A DNA stretch of 59,633 nt from a virus (Duplodnaviria > Caudoviricetes). Location: IMG/VR virus record IMGVR_UViG_3300006169_000036, positions 1 through 59,633 of that record. One strand, written 5' to 3'. The notes under the pieces were generated by a model that ran no database searches, was not told where the DNA came from, and saw only the letters and a list, made by a program, of their open reading frames with translations. This document shows, one piece after another, positions 18,801-28,311 of the stretch; position 1 is the first letter of the stretch; the number at the start of each line of letters is the position of its first letter. The position numbers and the translations under genes were made by a program.

Positions 18801-21014
18801 ATCCTCGGCCTCGGTGTCGCCCTGGTCGCCCTGTACACGAAGAGCCGTACCGCGCGGAAGGTCATCGACCGCGTCTTCGACGGCATCGGGCGTGCCCTGC
18901 GTTTCCTGTGGGACCGGGTCATCAAGCCCTTCGCGCGCTACACCGCTTGGGTGTGGGGCCACATCTTCGGCGCCGCGGAGTGGGCCTGGAAGCACATCCT
19001 CAAGCCGACGTTCGAGGCCATCGCCAGGGTCATCCGCTGGATGTGGGAGAACTACTGGAAGCCCATCCTCAGCTTCATCATCGGACGCTGGCGTGCCGTC
19101 TCGAGCGCGTTCGTGTGGGTGTGGCGCAACATCCTGTGGCCCATCATCAAGGTCATCGGCAAGATCGTCTGGGAACTCTGGAAGCTCTACTTCCGGGTCG
19201 TGTTCGCCGCCATCCAGAACGGCTTCAAGGCCCTGGGCTGGGGACTGCGCTGGGTGTGGCGCAACGTCCTGAAGCCCCTGTTCGACGCGTTCATGGATGT
19301 CATCGGCGATGACCTGGTGCGCGCGTTCAAGGCCGGTGTCGACAAGGTCAAGGAGATCTGGAACGCGCTGAAGGAAGCCCTGAAGACGCCGGTACGGATC
19401 CTCATCGAGACCGTCATGAACAAGGGCATCATCGGCGGCTTCAACTGGCTCGCCAGCAAGGTCGGCATGGACAAGATCAAGCCGATCCCGCTGCCCAAGG
19501 GCTTCGCGACCGGCGGCATCTACCCTGGCTACACCCCGGGCCGAGACATCGGCATGATCCGCGTGTCCGGCGGCGAGGCCATCCTGCGTCCCGAGGCGAC
19601 CCGCGTGCTGGGCAAGCGCTGGGTCGACCGCGTCAACTCCGCGGCCATCCATGGCGGGCAGGCCGGTGTCGAGCGTGTCCTGCACTTCCTCGGCGGCTTC
19701 GCCCGCGGCGGCGTCATCGGCAACTTCGGCCGCCGCGTCTGGCCCGTCCCCGGCCGCGACACCAGCACCTACCGCGGCCACGACGGCGTCGACATCAACC
19801 GCGGCTCCGGGTGGGACGACTTCGGCGACCCCATCCGCGCCGCCGCCGGGGGCCGGGTCTCCTACGTCGGCTCCGCTCGAGGCTACGGCAACGCCATCTT
19901 CATCCGCGGCCCCTACGGCGAGGTCGTCTACGGCCACACCTCCGCGCAGCGCGTCCGCGCCGGGCAGAGCGTCTGGGCCGGGGACCTCATCGGCCGCGTC
20001 GGCAACAGCGGCAACAGCAGCGCACCCCACCTCCACTTCGGGTTCCCCGGCGGCACGTTCGCGCAGGCCCTCGCGTTCCTCCGCGGGGCCCTCTTCCTCA
20101 AGGAAGGCGACGGGCGCAACTGGACGAACACCGTGGGGGACTTCCTCGCCGGGCTGGGTGCCAAGGTCAGGGACGCCCTCATGGCGCCGTTCGGCTGGCT
20201 GAAGGACCGCATCTCCGACGGCCTCGAGAACGTCACCGACAAGCTCGGCGACTCCTGGTTCAGCAAGGTGCTGGTCAAGTTCCCGCACAAGCTCATCGAG
20301 GGCGTCGCGGACTGGATCACCAACCAGACCGGCGACCTCGCGGAGCAGTCGACCGGCAACTTCAAGGGCCCCCTGCGCGCCCGCCGCGTCATCGCCCAGG
20401 CCCTCGACATCATGAACCTGCCGCTGTCACTGATGGGCACCGTGCTGGCCCGCATGAAGCAGGAGTCCGGCTTCAACCCGAACATCGTGAACCGCTGGGA
20501 CTCCAACTGGGACGCCGGGCACCCCTCGGTCGGCCTCATGCAGGTCATCGGCCCCACCTATGACGCGTACAAGCACCCGAAGTACGACGTGGGGCCCTAC
20601 AAGTACGGCACCTCGGTCAACCCGCTGGCCAACGTGTTGGCGTCGATGCGATACGCGCTGCGCACATACGGTTCACTGCCGGCGGCATACAACCGCGCCG
20701 GTGGGTACGCCGAGGGCGGTGTCGTCGAGGGCGGCGACGCGGTGCCCGAGAACGGCACGATGATGATGTACGACAACGGTGGCTACCTGCCGCCCGGCTT
20801 CACCACCGTCCTGAACCTCACCGGCGGCCCCGAGCCCGTCTTCACCGGTGACCAGTGGCAGGCGATGCGCAACGGCGCCATGGCCGGTGCCGGGGTACAC
20901 TACGAGCCGCACTTCAACGGGTCCGACCTGACCGCGGGCGATGTCGCCGAAGACCTCCTGTTCGCGATCACCCGGATGCAGCGAGGCGGCGTCTACACGG
21001 GAACGAGAGGCTGA
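15822..21014 (+). CDS. Tape measure protein with M23 peptidase and lytic transglycosylase domains
   Basis: 1730 aa helical protein; HDGVD/YGH/HLHF (M23); QESGFNP...SVGLMQ (SLT). Confidence 0.95.
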   Translation: MPEGVYSAGTIFLQVVPSYRGLQESIRQKVGEVDKALSADMEDNAQKTGRAVGRVLGEEIAKGAEQGAKKASDKYAGAFRTGIRNAAREAQRELDALNFDNASENTLNEVERIKRAVRSISKESMSPEFDGGRALRDIDQIRQRVRDIGKERPIDEAFNLSRVERTLSGFSKAVDREISKAFDSVDEGVKRSEKAMSKFARDSRSKVRGAIKDLAGDDVFRDVTERLEGLKDINLDVEVDSQGALRELAAIAAAARAIGASSPSIRVQTNAASAASQLAAAGAAGAAASRAGSQADSAANSFRAFNGVLLTATSLGPALVPVLGAVAGGIAAVGVASSGAAMGLGVMLLGFSGISDAVTGLMDVEKNAAKDALQTASTMRTAFQAVADAERSLSRARVDAAQANEDAARNTRRVVRDAAEAQRDAAQETREAVQDAAQANREAAQQIQDAQRQAAQANEDAARRTAAAQRAASEAVRAALQRQEDAEDSLADAQRDARQAQEDLREARRLAQQDLDDIRDRQRQNALDERQAVIDLFNATVAETAIRQDPGSTNLEKEQAAINLGNARERLHEIREEERELARQRREGIEGTDRVQTAQDALTQALERQRDAQEALGEAAREVDQARLEGARAVSEAIRDQNRIAREGARQIAQAEQDAARTRAEGIESVSDARRNEVQVARDGAEAIADARRAQARTEVDGVQSVQDAQRALRRAQQDYQDALKQTGEIGSTSMANLENAMSKLSPAGRRFARYLFHLRGLFYQIRAAAQEGMLPGVQNAMQLIIGRYGRPFTRFVGRMAEVVGGLFEKLGRRMLRGSFVDFFGMLERLGPRFLRQFGWAFINWLEAFAEWAVIIAPYSKRMSDNLLDLSRNALAWIQSAQGTDSWRGFMDYVYRIGPAVADFFWALWEAVKNLAKALAPLGELVLVGVTKFLRFLGRMDPDHLRLIVISILGLVFALQATFAITSGVVSVMTAISLIGAVAFGWVAAAIFVILGLGVALVALYTKSRTARKVIDRVFDGIGRALRFLWDRVIKPFARYTAWVWGHIFGAAEWAWKHILKPTFEAIARVIRWMWENYWKPILSFIIGRWRAVSSAFVWVWRNILWPIIKVIGKIVWELWKLYFRVVFAAIQNGFKALGWGLRWVWRNVLKPLFDAFMDVIGDDLVRAFKAGVDKVKEIWNALKEALKTPVRILIETVMNKGIIGGFNWLASKVGMDKIKPIPLPKGFATGGIYPGYTPGRDIGMIRVSGGEAILRPEATRVLGKRWVDRVNSAAIHGGQAGVERVLHFLGGFARGGVIGNFGRRVWPVPGRDTSTYRGHDGVDINRGSGWDDFGDPIRAAAGGRVSYVGSARGYGNAIFIRGPYGEVVYGHTSAQRVRAGQSVWAGDLIGRVGNSGNSSAPHLHFGFPGGTFAQALAFLRGALFLKEGDGRNWTNTVGDFLAGLGAKVRDALMAPFGWLKDRISDGLENVTDKLGDSWFSKVLVKFPHKLIEGVADWITNQTGDLAEQSTGNFKGPLRARRVIAQALDIMNLPLSLMGTVLARMKQESGFNPNIVNRWDSNWDAGHPSVGLMQVIGPTYDAYKHPKYDVGPYKYGTSVNPLANVLASMRYALRTYGSLPAAYNRAGGYAEGGVVEGGDAVPENGTMMMYDNGGYLPPGFTTVLNLTGGPEPVFTGDQWQAMRNGAMAGAGVHYEPHFNGSDLTAGDVAEDLLFAITRMQRGGVYTGTRG

Positions 21015-21015
21015 C

Positions 21016-21894
21016 ATGGCTACGGTCAACGACTATGGCTTCGAGCTCTCCGATGTCCCCTTCGGCATCGGGCAGGACGTCACCGTCGAGAACGAGGGCT
21101 TCGACCCGGGCGCCGCGGAATGGATCGTCCAGGACACCGAGGACTCCCGCGACGGCCACACCCGCTTCGGCCGCGACAAGCTCGGCGGGCCGACCTGGAC
21201 CTGGGTCCTGTCGACCGACAAGGAGACCCCGGAGGAGGCGCTGGCCGCCGCCGGGCGCCTCGCCGCGGCCTGGCGGGCCGAGGAGATCCGCGACGACCCC
21301 GGCGCCACCCTGCGCCTGCGGTACCGCGTCGGCGGACGCACCCGCTGCGTCTTCGGCCGCCCCCGCCGGTGGGCGGCACCCCCGTCGAACCGGATCCTCA
21401 CCGGGTACATCCCCATCACCGCCGACTTCAAGTGCGTCGACCACCTCCACTACGACGACGCGCAGGACGAGGTGCTGATCTCGGTGTCCCCGACCAGCGC
21501 CGGTGGCTTCGTGCTGCCCCAGGCGCCGCCGCTGACGTCGCTGCCGTCGGGTGACCGCGAGGGCATGATCAACGTCGGCGGGGACCAACTCACCGCCCCC
21601 ATCATCCGCATCGACGGGCCCATCGTGAACCCCTGGGTCCAGGGCCTGGACTGGCGGATCGACCTGGACCTGTCGCTGACCGCCGGTCAGTGGGTCGAGG
21701 TCGACGCGCGGCCCTGGCGGGCCACCGTCCTGCGGAATGGTGCTACCAACGCCTCGGAGGCTCTGGGGCGACGGCAGTGGCTGCACCAGGTGCGCCTCAC
21801 ACCCGGCAACCAGGAGATCCGATTCGGCGGGTCGGGTTCGGCCGGAACGTCCACCTGTCGTGTAACCTGGAGGAACGCATGGTCGTACCTGTGA
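21016..21894 (+). CDS. Minor tail protein (distal tail-like)
   Basis: First gene after the tape measure; P.I.I.GP..NP motif. Confidence 0.8.
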   Translation: MATVNDYGFELSDVPFGIGQDVTVENEGFDPGAAEWIVQDTEDSRDGHTRFGRDKLGGPTWTWVLSTDKETPEEALAAAGRLAAAWRAEEIRDDPGATLRLRYRVGGRTRCVFGRPRRWAAPPSNRILTGYIPITADFKCVDHLHYDDAQDEVLISVSPTSAGGFVLPQAPPLTSLPSGDREGMINVGGDQLTAPIIRIDGPIVNPWVQGLDWRIDLDLSLTAGQWVEVDARPWRATVLRNGATNASEALGRRQWLHQVRLTPGNQEIRFGGSGSAGTSTCRVTWRNAWSYL

Positions 21895-21904
21895 CGGAGG
21901 AATC

Positions 21905-22873
21905 GTGACCTGGCTGAACCCCTACGCGGTCGACGGCGCCACGCTGTCCTCCCAACTCCTGCGCATCGTCGCCTTCCATGCGGTCGGCGGCGACGAAGGC
22001 ATCGCCGAGAAGGGCGACCTGAAGGTCACCGCCAGCGGAACCCCCGACGGCAACGTGCATGTCGCGGCCGGTGGCGCCCTTATCCGCAACCGCTACAACG
22101 GCGGCAGCGGACAGTCCTACGCCGCCTACAACCAGGGCGAGGACGTCGCCGCGGTCCCCGCCACCACAGCGGGCGGCGGGCGCACCGACCTCGTCGTCGC
22201 GCGCATCGTCGACCCGCAGTACGACGCGGAACAGCCCGCACCCGGAGCCGAGGACACCTTCTCCTACGTGCGGACCCATGTCATCACCGGCGTGCCCGCC
22301 GGGACCACCAGCGCCGCTGCCCTCAACCTCGGTTACCCGGCCATCGCGCTGGCCCGCATCACCCGCGGCGCCTCCACCGGCATCGTCACCAGCGCCCAGA
22401 TCACCGACCTGCGCAAGCTCGCCCGGCCCCGCGACCAGGAGTTCATCACCCACCTCCCGACGAACCAGGCCGGGGACAACCTGAACGCCGCCCTCGACAC
22501 CTACGAGAGGTTCCCCGACCAGGCCCTGTACACCGTCGCCGTCCCCGACTGGGCCGTCACCGCCCAGGTCACCGGTTTCGTCGAGGGCCTGCGGAAGACC
22601 GCCGCCGGGACCGCGAAGTTCCGCATCACCCTGCAGGAGACCGGCGACTCGAGCGAGATCACCGAGGTCAACGAGCCCGCCCCCGGCGGCGCCTCTGACC
22701 GCCTCACCGTCAACCTCGGCGGCAAGATCAACATCCCCGCCAGCGTGCGCGGCACCAACGCCACGTTCGTCGTCCAGGCCGCCCGCACCGGCTCCACCGG
22801 CCCCGGCGTCTTCGCCGTCGACAACTACACGAGCACCCAGATCAGGCTGCTGTTCCAGGAACTGCCCACCTGA
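21905..22873 (+). CDS. Minor tail protein
   Basis: R.DLVVARI.DPQY and ITDLRKLARP motifs of actinophage minor tail proteins. Confidence 0.8.
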   Translation: MTWLNPYAVDGATLSSQLLRIVAFHAVGGDEGIAEKGDLKVTASGTPDGNVHVAAGGALIRNRYNGGSGQSYAAYNQGEDVAAVPATTAGGGRTDLVVARIVDPQYDAEQPAPGAEDTFSYVRTHVITGVPAGTTSAAALNLGYPAIALARITRGASTGIVTSAQITDLRKLARPRDQEFITHLPTNQAGDNLNAALDTYERFPDQALYTVAVPDWAVTAQVTGFVEGLRKTAAGTAKFRITLQETGDSSEITEVNEPAPGGASDRLTVNLGGKINIPASVRGTNATFVVQAARTGSTGPGVFAVDNYTSTQIRLLFQELPT

Positions 22874-24051
22874 TGGCCACCACGTCACCGTACACGGCGG
22901 TCCATCCCGTCTATCGGCGACGGGACCAGGGCTGGCGGTACATCGCGAAGCGCCTGCATGGCGACGGCACAGACACGACGCTCTCGTGGGACGTGCCGCT
23001 GCGCGGCGTCGCCATCACCGACACCCTGTCGGGGCCGCTGGGGCTCACCGGAACCCTGGAGCCTGAAATCCGCCGGATGAAGGACTCCGCCGGCAATCCC
23101 CTCTTCAAGCCATGGTCGACCGCCATCTTCGCGGAGAACGAGGGCACCATCCGTGGTGGGGGGATCCTCGTGCCGTCGACCTACTCGGGTCCCACCTGGA
23201 ACATCGAGTGCGTCGGCTTCACCAGCATCCTCGCCGACCAGCCCTACACCGACTCCTGGTTCGGCGTGGAGATCGACCCCCTCGACGTTGTACGCCAGAT
23301 CTGGAACCACTGGCAGTCCAAGCCCAACGGCAACCTCGGGCTCCAGGTGTCCGGCCTGAAGACCGGCCTCAAGATCGGCGTCGAACTGGAGCAGGGCGAG
23401 TTTGACACGGAGAACGGGCCGCTGGTGTTCGAGTCCGGCCCCGTCAAGCTCAACTGGTACGAGACCCATGACCTCGGCGGCGTCATCGACAGCCTTGCCG
23501 CGGACACCCCGTTCGACTACCACGAGTACCACCAGTGGTCCGGTGACGAGATCACCCATCACCTCGAGTTCGGCTACCCGCGCCTCGGCAAGCGCCGCCG
23601 GGACCTGCGGTTCGTGATCGGCGAGAACATCAACGTGCTCCCCGAGGTCGCCGAGGACGTCGACCAGTGGGCCGACACCGTGCTCGCCCTCGGTGCCGGT
23701 GAGGGCGCGGCGATGAAGCATGCCCTCGTCGCCGACCCGAAGTCCGACCAACTGCGTCGGGTCGCCGTCGTCGAGGACAAGCGCGCCAACAGCGAGGCGA
23801 AGGTGATGCGCCTCGCGCACCGGCACCTGTCCCGCTACAAGGGCCTCGACGACATCACCGAGGTCGTCGTCAGCGACCACCCGCATGCGCGGCTGGGGTC
23901 CTGGGAGATCGGCGACGAGATCCTGGTGCAGGGCGAGACCGGCTGGAAGGACATCGAGATCTGGTGTCGCGTGGTGGCGTCTACAATGTCACCTGATGAC
24001 TCGGACAGCGCGGTGCTCACTCTGCTGCGCCAGGGCAAGGAGGCTGCGTGA
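22873..24051 (+). CDS. Minor tail protein (baseplate hub-like)
   Basis: Synteny; LGAGEG, GDEILV motifs. Confidence 0.8.
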   Translation: MATTSPYTAVHPVYRRRDQGWRYIAKRLHGDGTDTTLSWDVPLRGVAITDTLSGPLGLTGTLEPEIRRMKDSAGNPLFKPWSTAIFAENEGTIRGGGILVPSTYSGPTWNIECVGFTSILADQPYTDSWFGVEIDPLDVVRQIWNHWQSKPNGNLGLQVSGLKTGLKIGVELEQGEFDTENGPLVFESGPVKLNWYETHDLGGVIDSLAADTPFDYHEYHQWSGDEITHHLEFGYPRLGKRRRDLRFVIGENINVLPEVAEDVDQWADTVLALGAGEGAAMKHALVADPKSDQLRRVAVVEDKRANSEAKVMRLAHRHLSRYKGLDDITEVVVSDHPHARLGSWEIGDEILVQGETGWKDIEIWCRVVASTMSPDDSDSAVLTLLRQGKEAA

Positions 24052-27038
24052 ACGCCATCGCCGACCGGCGCCTCCGCGAGCTCGCGCGCCGCGTGGCGAA
24101 CCTCGAGAAGACCCAGCGCATCCGCACTCCGCAACTCACCCACTCCTCGCTCGAGGATGGGGCGCTGCTGGAGAACGACCGCGACGGCAACCTCGTCCAG
24201 GTCATCGGCAAGCAGTTCGACGGAACCCACCTGGCGGCCTCCGTCGGTGGCCCCAACCCGCCGCAGGTCACCGCGCCCACCGTCACCCCGAAGCCCGGCG
24301 GTGTCGTCGTCAAGTGGGACGGCCTGTGGGAGAACGACAGTGCCGGCAACCCCGTCGTCGCCCCCATGGACTGGCTGCGCACCGATGTGTCCCTGTCGAC
24401 CGATGTCGCGTTCGACCCCATCGCCACGCCGCCCACCGCCAGCATCGTCGCGGCCCGCGGCGGCGAGGTGTTCCTGGCCCTTCCCGCCGTCGAGCACCAC
24501 TTCGCCCTCGTCGCGCGCTCCCTGTCCGGCAAGGCAGGCACCCCCTCGACGAAGGTGGCCGCCACCCCGCAGGCCCCGACGACCGGCGCCGGGGGCGTCA
24601 AGACGTACTACAGCGACACCGCGCCCATCGGCCTGACGACCGCCGATGAGGGGTCGATCTGGTACGACACCGCCAGCGGAAACCGGGAGAACCGCTGGAA
24701 CGGCGACGACTGGCAGCCCATCATCATCGGCGGTCAGGCGCTGTCCGCCAGCGCCATCGACGGGTTCGTCATCACCGGCGCCACTATCCGCACCGCCGCC
24801 GGTGGTCGGCGCATCGAGCAGGACTCCCTCAACGGCTTCCGCGTCATCGCCGCCACCGGAGAGCTCCTCGTCCACTTCCCCACCGCGGAGGGCTCCGAGA
24901 ACCGCTTCGAGGGCGACATCATCGCCCGCGGCATCACCGCCTACGGCAACGTGCAGATCCGCGGCACCACCAACGAGATCTCGGCCTCGTCCTCCATCAC
25001 CATGCAGGCCGGTGTCACCCCGCCATCCTCGCCGCCCCTGGTGACCTCCGGCGTCTATGGTCTGCAGCGCTCGAGCGGCCTCGCCGGTCTCGACCCGCAG
25101 GCCCTCGCCGCGCCCGGGGTGCAGAACGCGGAGTTCGTCGGCCTGTGCTACATGGGCGGCGGGTACTACTTCGCCATCGTCGGCAACAAGCTTGGCACCC
25201 GCACCCCCACCACACAGCCGTACCGGTTCTACCGGATCAACAAGAACACCGGTGCCTACAACCTGCTCTGGACTACCGGTTCCGACATGGTCCTGTCGTA
25301 CGGTATCACCAGCGTTTGCCAGATCGGCGTCGCCGCTGGGACCCCGCGCTTCGTCATCGGGTCCCGCGAGGGCTTCAACGCGCAGGGCACCCAGGTCGGC
25401 ACCACCTTCCGCGTCTACTCGTACGACCCGGCGACCATGGCCATCAGCTTCCTCACCCTGTGGGAACTGGGCCAGTCCGGCTGCGTCGCGTTCGCCGACC
25501 CCAACGGCACGACCCCCGACTGGTCGGTGCTGGTCGCGAACCGCAACACCGACACCGGCATGGTGCAACTCACCCCTCGCGACGGGCGCGACGGGTCCAG
25601 CCAGGGCGCCACCTTCCAGACCGTCGTGCCCTACCAGATCGCCGAACCGGATGGCGGCGCATCGGCGGGCAAGCAGACTGTGCAGTGCGGCATCTCCGGG
25701 AACTTCGACTACGGCGCCCCGCGGATCATCCTATGCCGTCAGGACGACGACGGGCAGGAGAGCAAGAACTCCGTCCTCAACCGCGACGGCACCGCCGCCC
25801 TCGCGCCCGACGGTGTCAGCGCGGAGTACTTCTACTCGTGGCGTCCCCGCACCGTCCACTGGGCCTCCGATGACCCTGACGGGGCCCGGTTCTGGACCAT
25901 CGAGCGGGACCCCGGCACCGACCCCGCCCAGTGGCGCCAGCATGGCATCAACCGGTACTTCGAGTACGTGCGCGCCAAGTACTCGTGGGCCGACCACGAC
26001 GCGGGCGGCACCGGGCAGCACGAGTCGGGGCTGTCGGCGGCCTCGACGACGTCCTACCACTCGCTGTACCCGCGCGGCGCCGTGCTGGTCGACGTGCCCA
26101 AGCCGAACGACCTGGGCGGGGTCGATGACCCGAACGGCGTCATCCTGTACCTGCAGCGCGCCACGAAGGCCGAGGTGGATGCCGGGGGCGGCAACATCTC
26201 CACCGTGCTGAACGGCAAGTCGTACCTCAAGGCGGGCGCCGTCGACCTGACGGGCATGACCGCCTCCACCGCCACCCTGTGGTGGCAGGGGGCCGCGCCG
26301 TCCGGCGCCTACCCGACGTACGCCCCGTTCCCCAACTCGGTCGCCGCGGAGTTCAAGTCCGCTACCGGCGGGTTCATCGTACGCGGCGACGGCAGTGGCG
26401 CCTGGCCTGCCCTGACTGACGCGCAGCGGGCCATTTCCGACGCGCGCTACCTGCGTGTCGACGACAACGCGGCCACGAAGCTCCTGAAGGCCGAGGGGCC
26501 CGCCACCGGCCGCTCGAGCGTCAACATCACCCAGGACGACGTCGCCGCCCGGCACTACGTCACCGGCACCGGCACCCCCGGTGACAACAGCAGTTCCTGG
26601 CTGCAGATGAACGACCTGCAGGCCGAGATCGCCGGGGTCAACGCGGCGAACAACTACGTGTCCCGGTTCCGTGCCCAGGTCGATGGCGGTGTCCAGGTGT
26701 TCGGCAACTGGGTCGACCGCACCGACCAGTCCTGGGCCGGTGTGTTCTCCGGCACCGTCACGTTCCTGAAGATCGGCAACCTGGTGTTCGTCTTCGGCGC
26801 CATCGACAGGGCCACCAACTTCAACGCGACCTATGTTGACACCGGCATCGTCGCCCCCGTCGGATACCGGCCACCCGCGCAGGTCCAGTTCACCCCCGGC
26901 GCGTTCGTGAACACCTCCGGGTCCGGCTCCACCGGCCAGTACCAGTTCCGCGTCATCTCCACCGGGGAACTGCAGTGCCGCCAGGCGGCGGCGAGCACCC
27001 AGACGATGGGTGTCTACGGGATGTACATCGTCGCCTAG
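24048..27038 (+). CDS. Large tail fibre / receptor-binding protein
   Basis: 996 aa beta-rich protein, last tail gene. Confidence 0.8.
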   Translation: MNAIADRRLRELARRVANLEKTQRIRTPQLTHSSLEDGALLENDRDGNLVQVIGKQFDGTHLAASVGGPNPPQVTAPTVTPKPGGVVVKWDGLWENDSAGNPVVAPMDWLRTDVSLSTDVAFDPIATPPTASIVAARGGEVFLALPAVEHHFALVARSLSGKAGTPSTKVAATPQAPTTGAGGVKTYYSDTAPIGLTTADEGSIWYDTASGNRENRWNGDDWQPIIIGGQALSASAIDGFVITGATIRTAAGGRRIEQDSLNGFRVIAATGELLVHFPTAEGSENRFEGDIIARGITAYGNVQIRGTTNEISASSSITMQAGVTPPSSPPLVTSGVYGLQRSSGLAGLDPQALAAPGVQNAEFVGLCYMGGGYYFAIVGNKLGTRTPTTQPYRFYRINKNTGAYNLLWTTGSDMVLSYGITSVCQIGVAAGTPRFVIGSREGFNAQGTQVGTTFRVYSYDPATMAISFLTLWELGQSGCVAFADPNGTTPDWSVLVANRNTDTGMVQLTPRDGRDGSSQGATFQTVVPYQIAEPDGGASAGKQTVQCGISGNFDYGAPRIILCRQDDDGQESKNSVLNRDGTAALAPDGVSAEYFYSWRPRTVHWASDDPDGARFWTIERDPGTDPAQWRQHGINRYFEYVRAKYSWADHDAGGTGQHESGLSAASTTSYHSLYPRGAVLVDVPKPNDLGGVDDPNGVILYLQRATKAEVDAGGGNISTVLNGKSYLKAGAVDLTGMTASTATLWWQGAAPSGAYPTYAPFPNSVAAEFKSATGGFIVRGDGSGAWPALTDAQRAISDARYLRVDDNAATKLLKAEGPATGRSSVNITQDDVAARHYVTGTGTPGDNSSSWLQMNDLQAEIAGVNAANNYVSRFRAQVDGGVQVFGNWVDRTDQSWAGVFSGTVTFLKIGNLVFVFGAIDRATNFNATYVDTGIVAPVGYRPPAQVQFTPGAFVNTSGSGSTGQYQFRVISTGELQCRQAAASTQTMGVYGMYIVA

Positions 27039-27274
27039 AGCACGCTTAGGACGGTGTTCAGGTCGGCGGTGACTGCCGCGGTCTCCGCGTCCCGGGCGGT
27101 GGCATGCTTCACCTGGACGGCCTGGATCTCCTGGGTCAGCACGAAGAGCTTGATCTGCTGCCGCAGCCAGGCCCGGTAGTTCTCCTGGGCGGTTCCCGGC
27201 CCGTAGTTGGCGTACGCGGCCTGGATACGCTGAGCGACCGTCGGGTCGACGTCGAAGGTGGGCAGCATGACCAT
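27035..27274 (-). CDS. Small reverse-strand hypothetical protein
   Basis: Fills the gap with phage-like codon usage; start uncertain (27274 or 27268). Confidence 0.6.
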   Translation of the reverse strand: MVMLPTFDVDPTVAQRIQAAYANYGPGTAQENYRAWLRQQIKLFVLTQEIQAVQVKHATARDAETAAVTADLNTVLSVL

Positions 27275-27399
27275 GGGTAGTATCCTACCCGGATCCTTGG
27301 CCCGCCGCGGGTCACCCGGCGTGATGGTCACAGCGGACATCTTACTCGCCCGTGTCGTGTAGGGTTGGTGACGACACACTGCCGACCAAAGGGACCGCC

Positions 27400-27819
27400 A
27401 TGATGCCAGCCGTCAGACATCCCATGGACCCCCGGGCCGTCTTCGTCCTCGGTCTGTGCCTCGTCACCGGTGTGCCCCTGCTGTTCGGCGCCTCCCCGGA
27501 GGACATGGACCGCCTGCTGCCGACCTGGGCCGTGCTGGTCTGGGCCCTCAGCCTGTCCGTCGGCGCCGGGGTCACCCTGTGGGGGATGACCCTGCGATCC
27601 CTCAACGGGGTGGTGCTCGAGCAGATCGGGTCGGTCGCCGTCGGGGCGGCCACCATCTTCTGGTCCGTCGTCGTGATCATGACCGTCGGCTTCGCCGGCA
27701 TACCATCAGCGGCCATCGTCCTCGGCTGGGGCGCGGCGAACTTCCTGCGCTGGGGACAACTCCAGGCCATCATCGCGAAGGCCAAGCGCGAAGGCGACAA
27801 GTTGGGAGATGCCCAGTGA
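27400..27819 (+). CDS. Multi-pass membrane protein (lysis region)
   Basis: About four hydrophobic segments; start approximate. Confidence 0.75.
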   Translation: MMPAVRHPMDPRAVFVLGLCLVTGVPLLFGASPEDMDRLLPTWAVLVWALSLSVGAGVTLWGMTLRSLNGVVLEQIGSVAVGAATIFWSVVVIMTVGFAGIPSAAIVLGWGAANFLRWGQLQAIIAKAKREGDKLGDAQ

Positions 27820-28295
27820 CCACAGACACCATCCTGGCCGTGCTGGGCGTCGGCGGCCTGTCGACCATCGCCGCAGCGATCATCTCCGCGCTCATGAGCA
27901 AGCGCAAGCTCGGGGCCGAGGCGACAAACCTGATCACCCAGGCCGCCTCCGGCGTAGTGGACCGCATCGAGAAGGAACTGGAGCGCAGCATCAAGCAGCG
28001 CGAGGGCATCGAGAAGGAACTGAAGCGCAGCATCGAGCAGCGCGAGGCGCTGCAGGCTCAGGTGATCGACCTGGAGACCACCATCGAGCGCAAGGCCGAG
28101 GAGTGGGACGCCGAACTGCGCGCCAAGGAGATCGTCTGGCAGCGCGTGGAGGCCGACTGGCGCGAGGTTCTGCAGGTCCACGCGGCCTGGGACTACGCCG
28201 CCCTCGTCGCCCTGGAGCGCCACGACATCGACCACGGGCTCGAGACACCGCCCCCGCTGTATCCGCCGCCTGGCCACCAGCACAGGGACCAGTGA
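27816..28295 (+). CDS. Membrane-anchored coiled-coil protein (lysis accessory)
   Basis: GTGA overlap; N-terminal TM helix then coiled coil. Confidence 0.75.
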   Translation: MTTDTILAVLGVGGLSTIAAAIISALMSKRKLGAEATNLITQAASGVVDRIEKELERSIKQREGIEKELKRSIEQREALQAQVIDLETTIERKAEEWDAELRAKEIVWQRVEADWREVLQVHAAWDYAALVALERHDIDHGLETPPPLYPPPGHQHRDQ

Positions 28296-28311
28296 CGCTA
28301 TCCTGGTCTCC

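Noticed and set aside
15624-20288. 1554-aa antisense ORF and other long shadow ORFs
   Set aside because: Mirror frames of real genes caused by high GC3.
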